The translations under genes and the position numbers were made by a program. DNA of 64,000 bases from Patescibacteria group bacterium. GTDB lineage: Bacteria > Patescibacteriota > Microgenomatia > UBA8517. This document shows positions 1 to 9,106 of the stretch, in pieces (the first letter of the stretch is position 1; each line of letters begins with the position of its first letter). The notes beneath the pieces were generated by a model. It worked only from the letters and a program-made list of their open reading frames with translations. It did no database searches and was not told the origin of the DNA. The stretch spans positions 3,151 through 67,150 of the forward strand of contig JBGSJG010000001.1 of NCBI GenBank assembly GCA_041742135.1, given 5' to 3'.

Positions 1-1
1 A

Positions 2-100
2 ATATGTGATTATTTAAGTTTGAACACAATTATTCCAAGTAATAACAATATATCCTCTGGAATTCTCTATGAATTAGCAAAATCTGTAAAAAATGGATAG
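2..100 (+). CDS. 3' end of a gene truncated by the window edge; possibly Ppx/GppA phosphatase family
   Basis: Manual translation gives ICDYLSLNTIIPSNNNISSGILYELAKSVKNG*, which resembles the Ppx/GppA C-terminal motif (i.pS...l..Gil.el). The stop overlaps the next start. Confidence 0.4.
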   Translation: MCDYLSLNTIIPSNNNISSGILYELAKSVKNG

Positions 101-905
101 AAAAATTATTGTAATTACCGGCGTAAGTTCAGGAATTGGAATGGCTTTTGTAAAAAAGGCTCTTAATTCTGGTGAATTTACTGTGATTGGATTAGGTAGA
201 AAAGACAATAAAGAGGTTAACGATCCAAATTATTTTTTCTATAAAGTTGATTTATTAGATGAGAGAACAATTAAGGTCGCTGTGGACAAAGTAATAAAGA
301 AATTTAAAAGGGTTAATGTTCTGATTAACAACGCTGGCTTTGCATATAGAAGCACATTCGAGGATCTGTCTTCTAAAGAAATGAGGGAACAATTTGAAGT
401 AAACCTTTTTGGCCCAGCAGTATTGGTTAATCTTATATTGTCTATTATGAGAAAACAGAATACAGGACATATTATAAATGTTAGCTCTGTTGCCTCAAGT
501 GTGAATACTCCAACTTTAGGATATTATGCTGCCACAAAAGTTGCATTAGATAAGCTAAGTGAGGTTCTAAGACAGGAAGTTAAAGCTTTTGGCATATCTG
601 TGAGTCTTCTAATCCCTGGTGCTGTTAAAACTAACTTTGGGAAGAACATTAAATTACCAAAAAACTATAAAAAGTCATCTTATAATAATTTATATTCCGA
701 ATGGGAAAATAGATTCCGTAATTTTTTCAATATAAGAAATACATCTGATGACGTTGCAGAAGGAATACTCTCCCTTATTAATAAACCGCAGAATATTAAA
801 TATATAAATAATCGTGATTGGGTTATGTGCACTCTGGAAAAATATCTACCAAGACAACTATTTCATTATTTATTTTTAAATTATTTTTACAGAAATGAAG
901 GCTAA
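93..905 (+). CDS. short-chain dehydrogenase/reductase (SDR)
   Basis: TGVSSGIG Rossmann motif, NNAG, catalytic YAATK (YxxxK). Confidence 0.93.
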   Translation: MDRKIIVITGVSSGIGMAFVKKALNSGEFTVIGLGRKDNKEVNDPNYFFYKVDLLDERTIKVAVDKVIKKFKRVNVLINNAGFAYRSTFEDLSSKEMREQFEVNLFGPAVLVNLILSIMRKQNTGHIINVSSVASSVNTPTLGYYAATKVALDKLSEVLRQEVKAFGISVSLLIPGAVKTNFGKNIKLPKNYKKSSYNNLYSEWENRFRNFFNIRNTSDDVAEGILSLINKPQNIKYINNRDWVMCTLEKYLPRQLFHYLFLNYFYRNEG

Positions 906-1470
906 AAAATTTGGGTTTTTCTTTACAGTTAAATATATCGACAAAAACATCGAGGCCTATCGAGAAGTGTTAAAAGCTACAGATAAGCTTGGTGCTCAAA
1001 TGTATAATTCAAAACTTATTGAAGACTATCCAAAGTCAGTAAGCAAATTAAAAAACGATGGTAAATCTTTGGTTGATGGTACACAAAGGCTACTGCGTTC
1101 TGTAGATTTCGTAATTTCCTTTTTCAGCGACAAATCACGCATTGTCTTTTTGCAAACAATAATGGCGCTAGAGAACAAGACGCCAGCATTGTGTTTAGTC
1201 CATGAAAGTGCGTATAACAACTTTCCAGAAACTCTGCTTTCTTACGGCAAAGACTATGTAAAAGTTAGGAAATATAGTTCGACAAATCAGCTTCAGGAAA
1301 TTGTTACTGAATATATTGAAGATCTTGAACCCCCCAAACGAAGATTCAATGTTGTACTAAAAACAAAGACTTTAAAGCAACTTGAACAGCTAACCCGTGA
1401 GCTTGACATGACTAAGGCAGAACTATTAAGACGACTGATAGATAAAGAATACAGGAGGATGTTTGATTGA
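895..1470 (+). CDS. nucleoside 2-deoxyribosyltransferase-like domain fused to a C-terminal ribbon-helix-helix (putative regulator)
   Basis: SVDFVISFFSDKSRIVFLQTIMALENKTPALCL resembles the NDT fold with Glu->Gln. C-terminal RFNVVLKTKTLKQLEQLTRELDMTKAELLRRLI is CopG/RHH-like. Confidence 0.65.
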   Translation: MKAKKFGFFFTVKYIDKNIEAYREVLKATDKLGAQMYNSKLIEDYPKSVSKLKNDGKSLVDGTQRLLRSVDFVISFFSDKSRIVFLQTIMALENKTPALCLVHESAYNNFPETLLSYGKDYVKVRKYSSTNQLQEIVTEYIEDLEPPKRRFNVVLKTKTLKQLEQLTRELDMTKAELLRRLIDKEYRRMFD

Positions 1471-1979
1471 TGAAAAAAAATGATGGTCAAAACCAAGTTC
1501 AGTTAGTTAAGGACTACGTCAGTAAGTGTCATAAAAAAGGTAAAACTGTTCTTATTGTCAAAGGTGTATTTGATCTTATCCACCCTGATCATATACAAAC
1601 ACTTGAGCGATTAAGCAAACTTGCCGATGAACTCATCGTCTTACTAATCCCTGATTGGGCTGCGTCACTCATAAAGCCTGGTAGACCTATCTTGCCAGAA
1701 TCTGCCCGACAAAAGGTTGTAAGTAACTTAAGACCTGTAAAAAAGTGTTTTATTGATTATGATTCACGAGATAGCAAAACGAATAAGTACTCTAAAGATA
1801 AAGATATCGAGCTGTTGAAACAAATTTCACCTGATATGTGGGCTTTAAGTGAAAACAACTTTTCCAAATTTGAAAAATATGATTTAGGTAAAATTGAGCT
1901 CATTAAGTATGAGGAAGGAGTGAATTATTCCACAACCAAAATTATTAGTAAGATTTTAGAAAAATATGCAAAAGCTTAA
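1467..1979 (+). CDS. cytidylyltransferase-like nucleotidyltransferase (TagD/RfaE domain II family)
   Basis: GVFDLIHPDH (HxGH-like), KPGRPI, YSTTKII motifs. Confidence 0.85.
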   Translation: MMKKNDGQNQVQLVKDYVSKCHKKGKTVLIVKGVFDLIHPDHIQTLERLSKLADELIVLLIPDWAASLIKPGRPILPESARQKVVSNLRPVKKCFIDYDSRDSKTNKYSKDKDIELLKQISPDMWALSENNFSKFEKYDLGKIELIKYEEGVNYSTTKIISKILEKYAKA

Positions 1980-2817
1980 GAATTCCTTAATTTCCATTAT
2001 TATTCCTACTCACAACAGGGATTATATTTTGTGGAAAGCCATTCAAAGTATTCAGCAGCAAACTTACTCAAACTGGGAGTTGATAATAGTAGATGACAGA
2101 TCTACTGATGCAACCTACAAAATGATGCGTGAGTTCAAGCAAGACAAACGTATAAAATATATTCTTAATGAGTATAAACACAGTCCAGCCGGTGCCCGTA
2201 GATTTGGACAGAAAAATGCAAAAGGTGATCTGATTGCATACCTTGATAGCGATAACAGTGCTTCTAAATTGTGGTTACAAGAAATAGTCAATTTGTTTGA
2301 AAGCGATAGCAGTGCAGTTTTTGCGTATACCGCATTAAATTTTAAGGTTGATTATGTTGATAAGAATGAAAATATAGTAACACTGATTTCAGAAGTGAGA
2401 TTTGCGAACCCTCCTACAGTAGCCATGTTATGGTCTCATGAGTTTGAGGGAGATCCGAATGGTTTTGTTCACCGGTCTGATGTAGACAAAGCAATTGTCT
2501 GGGATGAAAAACTGGATTTGTATGAAGATTATGATTTTTCACTTCAACTTGCCAAGAAATACCCCAAGGGTATGCGATACATAAATCAAGCATTGGTGAA
2601 TTATGTCAGGAGATATGGTGAAGCAGGTATTTGCAACGATGCTACTTATAAATCTCTGTTGAAAAACCTTAAATACCTTAACAGAAAACACAGTAACCTC
2701 CCTCAATGGAACAAAAGTGACTGGCACAAAGAGGAAATAAGAAAGTTCAAAGAATTAGCTGACCAAGGACTAAAACCTATAGATAGGATATTGGCTAAGT
2801 ATGGAAACAAAAATTAA
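1966..2817 (+). CDS. glycosyltransferase family 2
   Basis: ISIIIPTHNR, IIVDDRSTD, AYLDSD (DxD), YEDYDF. Confidence 0.92.
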   Translation: MQKLKNSLISIIIPTHNRDYILWKAIQSIQQQTYSNWELIIVDDRSTDATYKMMREFKQDKRIKYILNEYKHSPAGARRFGQKNAKGDLIAYLDSDNSASKLWLQEIVNLFESDSSAVFAYTALNFKVDYVDKNENIVTLISEVRFANPPTVAMLWSHEFEGDPNGFVHRSDVDKAIVWDEKLDLYEDYDFSLQLAKKYPKGMRYINQALVNYVRRYGEAGICNDATYKSLLKNLKYLNRKHSNLPQWNKSDWHKEEIRKFKELADQGLKPIDRILAKYGNKN

Positions 2818-3682
2818 AAAGGCACTTCTCTATAATCCCAGCATTGGAATTGACGTCAAAAATATTACAGTCACTTCTCTACTTGGAGGAAAAGAATCCA
2901 GTATCTATAAAGTCACGAATCAAAATGACAAATGTGTTGTTGTAAAAATTCCAAAAACTGATTGGCAAAAGAGAGAGATCCATGTTTTTCGAGATTATTT
3001 AAGTAAACTTGATATCAGTACTCCAAGATTTTTAGGTGAGTACAATAACGAAGTTTTGATTATAGAGTTCTTAGAGGATTGCAAAACTTTAAACAAGCTG
3101 TCTTTGAGTGAACTAAAGCTTCTGAGAGAGTGGATTATTAATAAACATAGTAAGTCGTGCAAATTATTCACAAATGAATCAAGGAGTTTATTAAAACATG
3201 CTGAATGGATGGTGAATCATCCTATCAAGCAAATCTTAAGTAATAAAAGTATAGAATCTGATGTTAAAGGGAAGTTGTTAGAGTTGCAACCCAATTTACT
3301 TAAGGCATTAGACAAAATTGATCTGCCAATGGTGCTCGATCACTCTGATCTGGAAATCCAGAACTTACTTTTTGACACTAAGAAAGAGGATGTTTGTGTT
3401 TTAGATTGGGCAAATGCAATTAAGTCACCAGGTTTTTATGATATTGCACAATTTAGAAAATTAGCAAGACAATATGTTTCAAATGATGCCGATAGTTTAG
3501 TGTCCGAGCTAATGAAAGAAGTCGGACTCGCAGATAATAATGATCTATTGGAGACATTTGCACTTATAAAAGAAATCAATCTATTAAGTTATTATTTAAA
3601 AGAAAGAGGTGTAGAAAAAGATAATAAAAGTGAAATTGACTATGCGCGTAATATAATTACAGAATATGAAGAACAAAATTAA
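2801..3682 (+). CDS. aminoglycoside phosphotransferase/choline kinase-like protein
   Basis: VVVK, Brenner motif HSDLEIQNLL, VLDW. Confidence 0.8.
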   Translation: METKIKKALLYNPSIGIDVKNITVTSLLGGKESSIYKVTNQNDKCVVVKIPKTDWQKREIHVFRDYLSKLDISTPRFLGEYNNEVLIIEFLEDCKTLNKLSLSELKLLREWIINKHSKSCKLFTNESRSLLKHAEWMVNHPIKQILSNKSIESDVKGKLLELQPNLLKALDKIDLPMVLDHSDLEIQNLLFDTKKEDVCVLDWANAIKSPGFYDIAQFRKLARQYVSNDADSLVSELMKEVGLADNNDLLETFALIKEINLLSYYLKERGVEKDNKSEIDYARNIITEYEEQN

Positions 3683-4121
3683 AGTTAGACTACGACTAAT
3701 AATTATCAAGGAAGAAAAGTTGTTGGCATATTATGATTCGATGGATGATTATTATTTCTACATTGGCGGTAAGCTTGAGTTTGGAGAAACCATTGAAGAT
3801 GGATGGAAAAGAGAAATTCAAGAAGAATTGGGCGACGATGTTGAATTCAAATTCAAGAAGATCTTATACATTAGAGATTTTATCCTCCCAGAGAAAAATG
3901 AACACAGCCTTGAGCTATTTATTTTAGGAGACATTAACAAGTTTATGGAGATAGATGAAAGACCAGATCCAGAATATGATGGCAAAAAGTGGCCAAAATG
4001 GTTGAATCTTAATAATTTGCCAGACAACCTCTACCCTAAGCCCTTAACTAAAAAGATCGTACAGGATTATAAAAATGGATTTCCAAACAGCGGAGAGTAT
4101 GTTGGCAGAATGGATAGTTAA
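3666..4121 (+). CDS. NUDIX hydrolase
   Basis: Nudix box GGKLEFGETIEDGWKREIQEELG. Confidence 0.92.
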   Translation: MKNKIKVRLRLIIIKEEKLLAYYDSMDDYYFYIGGKLEFGETIEDGWKREIQEELGDDVEFKFKKILYIRDFILPEKNEHSLELFILGDINKFMEIDERPDPEYDGKKWPKWLNLNNLPDNLYPKPLTKKIVQDYKNGFPNSGEYVGRMDS

Positions 4122-4125
4122 GTAT

Positions 4126-5061
4126 CTATAAAGAAGCGAGTGTATTAACCACAGAGTTTAAAATAAGCTTGTCTCTGTTTAACTTTCCATTAGTAAAGTG
4201 TTGATAAGGGTCTTTTGTTTTTATTCCAAACTTCTTCTGAACTAACACTCCTAAGTCTGGGTATTCAGATGGAACTAAATCAGTCAGTGCTTTAGGTATT
4301 TCCAGATCAGTATCAATTGTAATTGACCTTTCCTGCTTCTCATTTTCTATTACACAAACGCTAAGACCAAAAGTGTTGTGTTTTTCATGCAAGATCGCAT
4401 TCCCGCTTTCAATAGAGACCAAAAACTTTGCTTTCTTATTTTTTATTTTCTTCTTCAAGTCTTCTAACCTGTTTATCGCACCTTGGTATGTTTCCTCGAT
4501 TGAATAAGGCTGCTCTGATATACCAGAGTCGGTTTTTACACCTACTACATTGCATCTATGTCCAAATTCTCGCAGCGCAAGAGAAGTGGCTGAAGTCTTT
4601 ATTATATTCTCAGAGCTAATATATACATTTGGCAAGCTTTTGTAGTAATCTGTGATTGCGTCAATTTTATTGTTTATTACAATTGGTTGCATAGCATTTA
4701 TTTCAGAATCGTAGCTAATTTCAGGAGCTGGGTTGAGCAAAAATATATCTCTGTTTAGTGTGAAGGCAAATCCCATCTCCATTAAACTATTTCCTCCAAT
4801 GTAGTTTTTAATTTCATTCTTATCGTAATTGAGAACCAAAATCCCTTCACTTTGTTTTATAAAATCATAATGTTTGCGGATGTAGTTATTTTCAACCTTC
4901 CTTTTGACAGCTTCTTTTGAAGATCCAGCCTCTTTATATCCTTGTAGTTCATTTGCACTTCCAGGCACATACACATTGAAGCCTTTTTCGGTAAGTCTAT
5001 CCTTCCACTCAAGCATCTCTTTGTGGAATTTCATGCTTCCACAGATTGTTATATTTATCAT
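4126..5061 (-). CDS. fusion of an NDT-like N-terminal domain and a YjjX/DUF84 inosine-xanthosine triphosphatase domain
   Basis: N-terminal ITICGSMKF...YIGGNSLMEMGFA. C-terminal SENIIK, SGISEQPYSIEETYQGAINR, VSIESG. Start moved to ATG 5061, which has TAGAAT 7 nt upstream. Confidence 0.75.
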   Translation of the reverse strand: MINITICGSMKFHKEMLEWKDRLTEKGFNVYVPGSANELQGYKEAGSSKEAVKRKVENNYIRKHYDFIKQSEGILVLNYDKNEIKNYIGGNSLMEMGFAFTLNRDIFLLNPAPEISYDSEINAMQPIVINNKIDAITDYYKSLPNVYISSENIIKTSATSLALREFGHRCNVVGVKTDSGISEQPYSIEETYQGAINRLEDLKKKIKNKKAKFLVSIESGNAILHEKHNTFGLSVCVIENEKQERSITIDTDLEIPKALTDLVPSEYPDLGVLVQKKFGIKTKDPYQHFTNGKLNRDKLILNSVVNTLASL

Positions 5062-5112
5062 CTCAAATATTCTAACATAGGCCGGGGGTTGCAGGGTGAT
5101 ATAATCAGATTT

Positions 5113-5691
5113 ATGTACACAGAATTTGAGGCAACTTTTACAAAAATTAATAAGCAAGAAATAAGAGAAAAGCTGAAAGCGATTGGCGCCAAACTAGAGC
5201 GGAAAGAATTTCTTCAAAAGAGAGTTGTCTTTAACCTTCCAAATGGTCATGAAATTGATGGTGGCTGGCTACGAGTTCGAGATGAGGGAGATAAAATTAC
5301 CATGAGTTTAAAGGTTGTTAAAGAAGGCAAAATAGAGGATCAAAAAGAAATCCAGCTTAATATAGATAGTTTTGATAATGCTGTATCACTTTTAGAAACA
5401 ATAGGTTGCGAAAACAAAGCATATCAAGAGACTAAGCGCGAGCTTTGGAAAATCGACGATATAGAAGTAACTATTGATGAATGGCCTTTCTTGGAACCAT
5501 TTGTGGAAATTGAGGGAAAGTCAGAGGCAGAAGTAAAATCTGTTTCTGAAAAACTGGATTTTGATTATTCACTAGCAAAGTTTTGTGCAGTGGATACGCT
5601 CTATGCAGAAAAATATGGTATTACAGAGGATAGAATAAACAATAACACTCCTAAAATTTTGTTTGGAGGGGCAAATCCTTTTACTGATTAA
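5113..5691 (+). CDS. CYTH domain protein (class IV adenylate cyclase/triphosphatase)
   Basis: N-terminal EFEA (ExExK-like), WLRVRDEG, KRELW, IDEWPFLEPFVEIEG. Start moved to ATG 5113 (TGATATAAT upstream). Confidence 0.88.
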   Translation: MYTEFEATFTKINKQEIREKLKAIGAKLERKEFLQKRVVFNLPNGHEIDGGWLRVRDEGDKITMSLKVVKEGKIEDQKEIQLNIDSFDNAVSLLETIGCENKAYQETKRELWKIDDIEVTIDEWPFLEPFVEIEGKSEAEVKSVSEKLDFDYSLAKFCAVDTLYAEKYGITEDRINNNTPKILFGGANPFTD

Positions 5692-6250
5692 GATACTCAG
5701 CCAATTTCTCCCAATAGCTTTCTACTTGTGCCCAATATTTAACCATGTCTTCTCTTGAAATTTCTGACTCCACTTTTCCATTATATCCATCTGGAATAAA
5801 CAATTCATTAATAGGTGTGTTTCCTTCTTTGTCTGTTTTTACTGCTTTTTTAGATATGATTCCTGTAACTTGGCTTGGGAAAGTGAGAGGTTCTTTGTTT
5901 GGTTCACAATATGCTAAACAACCTTTAATAGTTACACTTCTATCTGTTTTGCCTTCCATTAGTTTCAAGATGTCTTCAGAAGTGAGCCATTGGTTAATAT
6001 ATTTGATAAAAGGTCCTGGGAATCCATTTAGTGCATTGATGTACCAACCTGCATCAGTAAGGGCAACAGGTTTGCCTAATTTTTCAGCTGCAAATTTGGC
6101 AGAGTAGGAAGCAATTTTTTCTACATCAGTTGATTGAATTTCAGGAGTTTCAATTTTTTGTTGAATTAACTCAACATTAGAATTCTCAAGTACTTTCTGA
6201 GCAATTTCAAACTTATATTTATTTCCTGTTACAAAGATTATTTGTTTCAT
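5681..6250 (-). CDS. Ham1/RdgB-family non-canonical purine NTP pyrophosphatase
   Basis: FVTGNKYK, PEIQS, DAGWYINALNGFPGPFIK. The C-terminal SHR motif is not conserved. Confidence 0.85.
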   Translation of the reverse strand: MKQIIFVTGNKYKFEIAQKVLENSNVELIQQKIETPEIQSTDVEKIASYSAKFAAEKLGKPVALTDAGWYINALNGFPGPFIKYINQWLTSEDILKLMEGKTDRSVTIKGCLAYCEPNKEPLTFPSQVTGIISKKAVKTDKEGNTPINELFIPDGYNGKVESEISREDMVKYWAQVESYWEKLAEYLNQ

Positions 6251-6253
6251 AGT

Positions 6254-6553
6254 TTACTTATTAGATTTTACTATTTTTTTAGTTACTTCACCCGCAAATA
6301 ATCTATATGCTGGACGTTTTTCTTTTGGGTACAGATAATATACTCCTAGTGTATCTTTACAATTCGGACAAATTAAATTCTTGTCAGATTGTTTTTCAAA
6401 ATCGACTATTCTGTCTAAATAAATTCGTTTTAAAATGCCTGGGCCATCTTTTTGATAATAAAAAAGATGAGTAGTACAAGACTCACAAGAAATATCATAA
6501 ACTTTTGAAGTTCCTCCTCTGGTTCTCCTAAATTTATCTTTTTTAATTTTCAT
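6254..6553 (-). CDS. small zinc-ribbon protein
   Basis: CESC and CPNC pairs, YYQKDGPGILKR. Confidence 0.65.
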   Translation of the reverse strand: MKIKKDKFRRTRGGTSKVYDISCESCTTHLFYYQKDGPGILKRIYLDRIVDFEKQSDKNLICPNCKDTLGVYYLYPKEKRPAYRLFAGEVTKKIVKSNK

Positions 6554-6893
6554 TTATTTCAACCTTTATTCCCAGAACTCCATATTTTTCTTCATCTTCT
6601 TCAGAATAGTATTTTCTCATATCGTCGGACATTTTTTCTGGAGTATCGTCTTCGCTCCAACCAGCGTCGTTGCCTTTTATTTTTGAGAACATCTCAACAA
6701 AGTTTTTGAACTGATTTAAGTCAACGATTTTAGTATGAATACGTTCGTTTGTTTCTGTATTTGTAAAAACAATATTGTCTTCAACTTTCAACTTCTGTCG
6801 TTTTTCATCAAACAACCTGATTTCTATTGTTTTTTTGCCAGATTTAATTTTGTTAAATGGCTCTGGTCGCAAGCTCATTTGATGAGTGTTCAT
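6543..6893 (-). CDS. ASCH domain protein
   Basis: PFNKIKSGKKTIEIRLFDEKR, YYSEEDEEKYGVLGI. Confidence 0.9.
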   Translation of the reverse strand: MNTHQMSLRPEPFNKIKSGKKTIEIRLFDEKRQKLKVEDNIVFTNTETNERIHTKIVDLNQFKNFVEMFSKIKGNDAGWSEDDTPEKMSDDMRKYYSEEDEEKYGVLGIKVEINEN

Positions 6894-7552
6894 AGTGAGG
6901 AAATTATATCATCCAGTAAGTTTAATGTGGCTGAAGTTCGAGTTGACAAATCACCAGCTAAGGCATCTTTCCAAAGGCTTTCAAAACTTTCTGGTAGTTC
7001 CTCTAAATCATTAATTCTTCTAAAAGCAGTCGTACTTGGTGGTAATGGTTTATTGTTTGATAAATACAAGCCTCTAACTATTTGCCATAAAACATTTGAA
7101 ACATTGAAACCGATGGCTAAGTCATCGTCGTTTTGTTGAGCCGATTCGATTTTTATCTTTGCACTCTTTAGCCACTTTTTAACTCCAGTTATTTCTTTCG
7201 GATCTGGCTTGTAATTATCATAAATATCTTTAGCTTCATTAATTGCTTTTTCGGCAAAGTTGTCTTTATCAAATATCACTTTTGCATCTAGCCACTGGTA
7301 AACGTTCATTGGGTCGTCATGCATTTTTCGAATAAAACCATCTGACGTGTTTGTTTTGATCTCTACAACTATTCCTTCAATTAATTCTTCTTTAAAAGGT
7401 TGTTTTTCATTTGCAATAAGAAGCAAGTCTAAGTCTGAATTTTCAGATTGTTCATCTCTTGCAACACTACCCGTAACTAACAATGTAAGATTATTTTCAT
7501 TACTTCGATAAGTTGAAGCCAGTCTTTCAATTATCTGTTTGTGCTTAGACAT
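6890..7552 (-). CDS. Pol-beta-type nucleotidyltransferase with helical C-terminal domain (KNTase-like)
   Basis: LLVTGSVARD...SDLDLL (GS...DxD). Confidence 0.82.
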   Translation of the reverse strand: MSKHKQIIERLASTYRSNENNLTLLVTGSVARDEQSENSDLDLLLIANEKQPFKEELIEGIVVEIKTNTSDGFIRKMHDDPMNVYQWLDAKVIFDKDNFAEKAINEAKDIYDNYKPDPKEITGVKKWLKSAKIKIESAQQNDDDLAIGFNVSNVLWQIVRGLYLSNNKPLPPSTTAFRRINDLEELPESFESLWKDALAGDLSTRTSATLNLLDDIISSL

Positions 7553-7575
7553 AGTTGAATTATATAATAAACCTC

Positions 7576-8523
7576 ATGAAAATAATTCTAGGATCAAATA
7601 ACCATGACAAAGTTGAAATAATTAAGAAAGCATTAGAGCAACTACATTTGGAAATTGAGGTTGAAGGCGTGAAAGTTGCTTCTGAAATAACAGACCAACC
7701 TCTGGATAAAGAAACTACTTTAAAAGGTTCTCAAAACAGAGCTAGAAACGCTAGAAAGGCAAAACCAAATGCAGAATTCTACTTTGGCTTAGAAGGTGGG
7801 CTTCACGATTACGGAGAAGGATATCATCTTGTAACATTTGCTACTTTAATCGACAAAAGTGGTAATGAATATACTGGTGAAGGTGTAGAAATCCATCTCC
7901 CAGAAAAAGTTTCAGCGGAAGTTAAAAATGGTGGTTGGTTTGGAGAAGTAATTAGAATTTATGCAAAAGAGTATGACATTGATGAGAACTTAATTACAAG
8001 AGAAACTCCATTTATTGAAGCGATAGAAAGAGCATATGCAAATTACTTAAAAGCCAACGATAAACTTGCAGTCAGAAAAAAATCTATAGCTTTTATTTTT
8101 AATGAGGATAAAGAATTCTTACTAGTCCAACTTCAAACATACGGTCCAGACCATTGGAACATGCCTGGTGGTGGAATAGATGAAGGAGAAGATGCACAAA
8201 CTGCAATGAAAAGAGAATTGAAAGAAGAACTTGGCACAGACAAATTTGAAGTAATTGAAGAATCCAAGATTAAGAATCAATATGATTGGCCAGATTTTGT
8301 AATTGCGGACAGAATTGTTAGGAAAAATGAATATTTTAGCGGGCAGGAACAAACACAATTTATTGTTAAATTTACTGGCGTTAAAGATGAGATTAAAATT
8401 CAAGAAGAAGAAATAAAACAACACAAGTGGGTGAAATATGACGATCTAGAACAATACTTAATATTTCCTGACCAATGGGATAATTTCAAAGTTGTGGTTG
8501 AAACTTCATCATTTGAGCTATGA
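7576..8523 (+). CDS. fusion of YjjX/DUF84 ITPase-XTPase and RppH-like NUDIX hydrolase
   Basis: LGSNNHDK, DQPLDKETTLKGSQNRA, GLEGG, then WNMPGGGIDEGEDAQTAMKRELKEELG and GQEQ. Start at ATG 7576. Confidence 0.85.
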   Translation: MKIILGSNNHDKVEIIKKALEQLHLEIEVEGVKVASEITDQPLDKETTLKGSQNRARNARKAKPNAEFYFGLEGGLHDYGEGYHLVTFATLIDKSGNEYTGEGVEIHLPEKVSAEVKNGGWFGEVIRIYAKEYDIDENLITRETPFIEAIERAYANYLKANDKLAVRKKSIAFIFNEDKEFLLVQLQTYGPDHWNMPGGGIDEGEDAQTAMKRELKEELGTDKFEVIEESKIKNQYDWPDFVIADRIVRKNEYFSGQEQTQFIVKFTGVKDEIKIQEEEIKQHKWVKYDDLEQYLIFPDQWDNFKVVVETSSFEL

Positions 8524-9014
8524 AATATCCCGTATCAACATTCTCATGGCAAGGCACAGATGTTACTAATACTTGGATAAAGACCACTGAGGTTGAAAAT
8601 TATTCTCCTATCACCCAAGCATACGCAGTTATTTTTAATGATAAAAATGAGATATTAATAGGTAGAGAGAAAGGTAAAGGCAAATGGTGTTTGCCAGGTG
8701 GTCATCCTGAAGATGGTGAGAGTTTAGTTGAAACTTTGTGTCGAGAAGTAGATGAGGAAGTTGATGTTGAAATTGATAATGTTAAGCCACTGGGAGTAAT
8801 TAAAGTAGAATTTGAAGATGCACCAAATAAACCTATTTATCAATCAAGATTTATAGCTAAACTGAAAAAACTGCTTCCTCAGACTCCTGATCCAGCAAAT
8901 AACAATATTTGGGAAAGAAAATTTGTTCCGGCAAAAGACATCAATGAATATGTTAAATGGGGTGAAACGGGGAAAGCAATGTTTAAAGATGCTATTGAAT
9001 TATCCGGACACTAA
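8520..9014 (+). CDS. NUDIX hydrolase
   Basis: LPGGHPEDGESLVETLCREVDEEV. Confidence 0.92.
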   Translation: MKYPVSTFSWQGTDVTNTWIKTTEVENYSPITQAYAVIFNDKNEILIGREKGKGKWCLPGGHPEDGESLVETLCREVDEEVDVEIDNVKPLGVIKVEFEDAPNKPIYQSRFIAKLKKLLPQTPDPANNNIWERKFVPAKDINEYVKWGETGKAMFKDAIELSGH

Positions 9015-9106
9015 GGCAGCGGTGAGAATGTTTTGAAAAAAAACAACAAAATAGCCAACCTTCATGGGCTATTCTAGAGACCACGGTCTTGCCGCTAGAA
9101 TCTCAG

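Larger units (their letters stand above)
1..9050. mobile_element. putative AT-rich genomic island ending at the tRNA-Gln 3' end
   Basis: Visibly more AT-rich than the rest of the window, carries accessory genes and abuts a tRNA 3' end. No integrase is present in the window. Confidence 0.45.
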
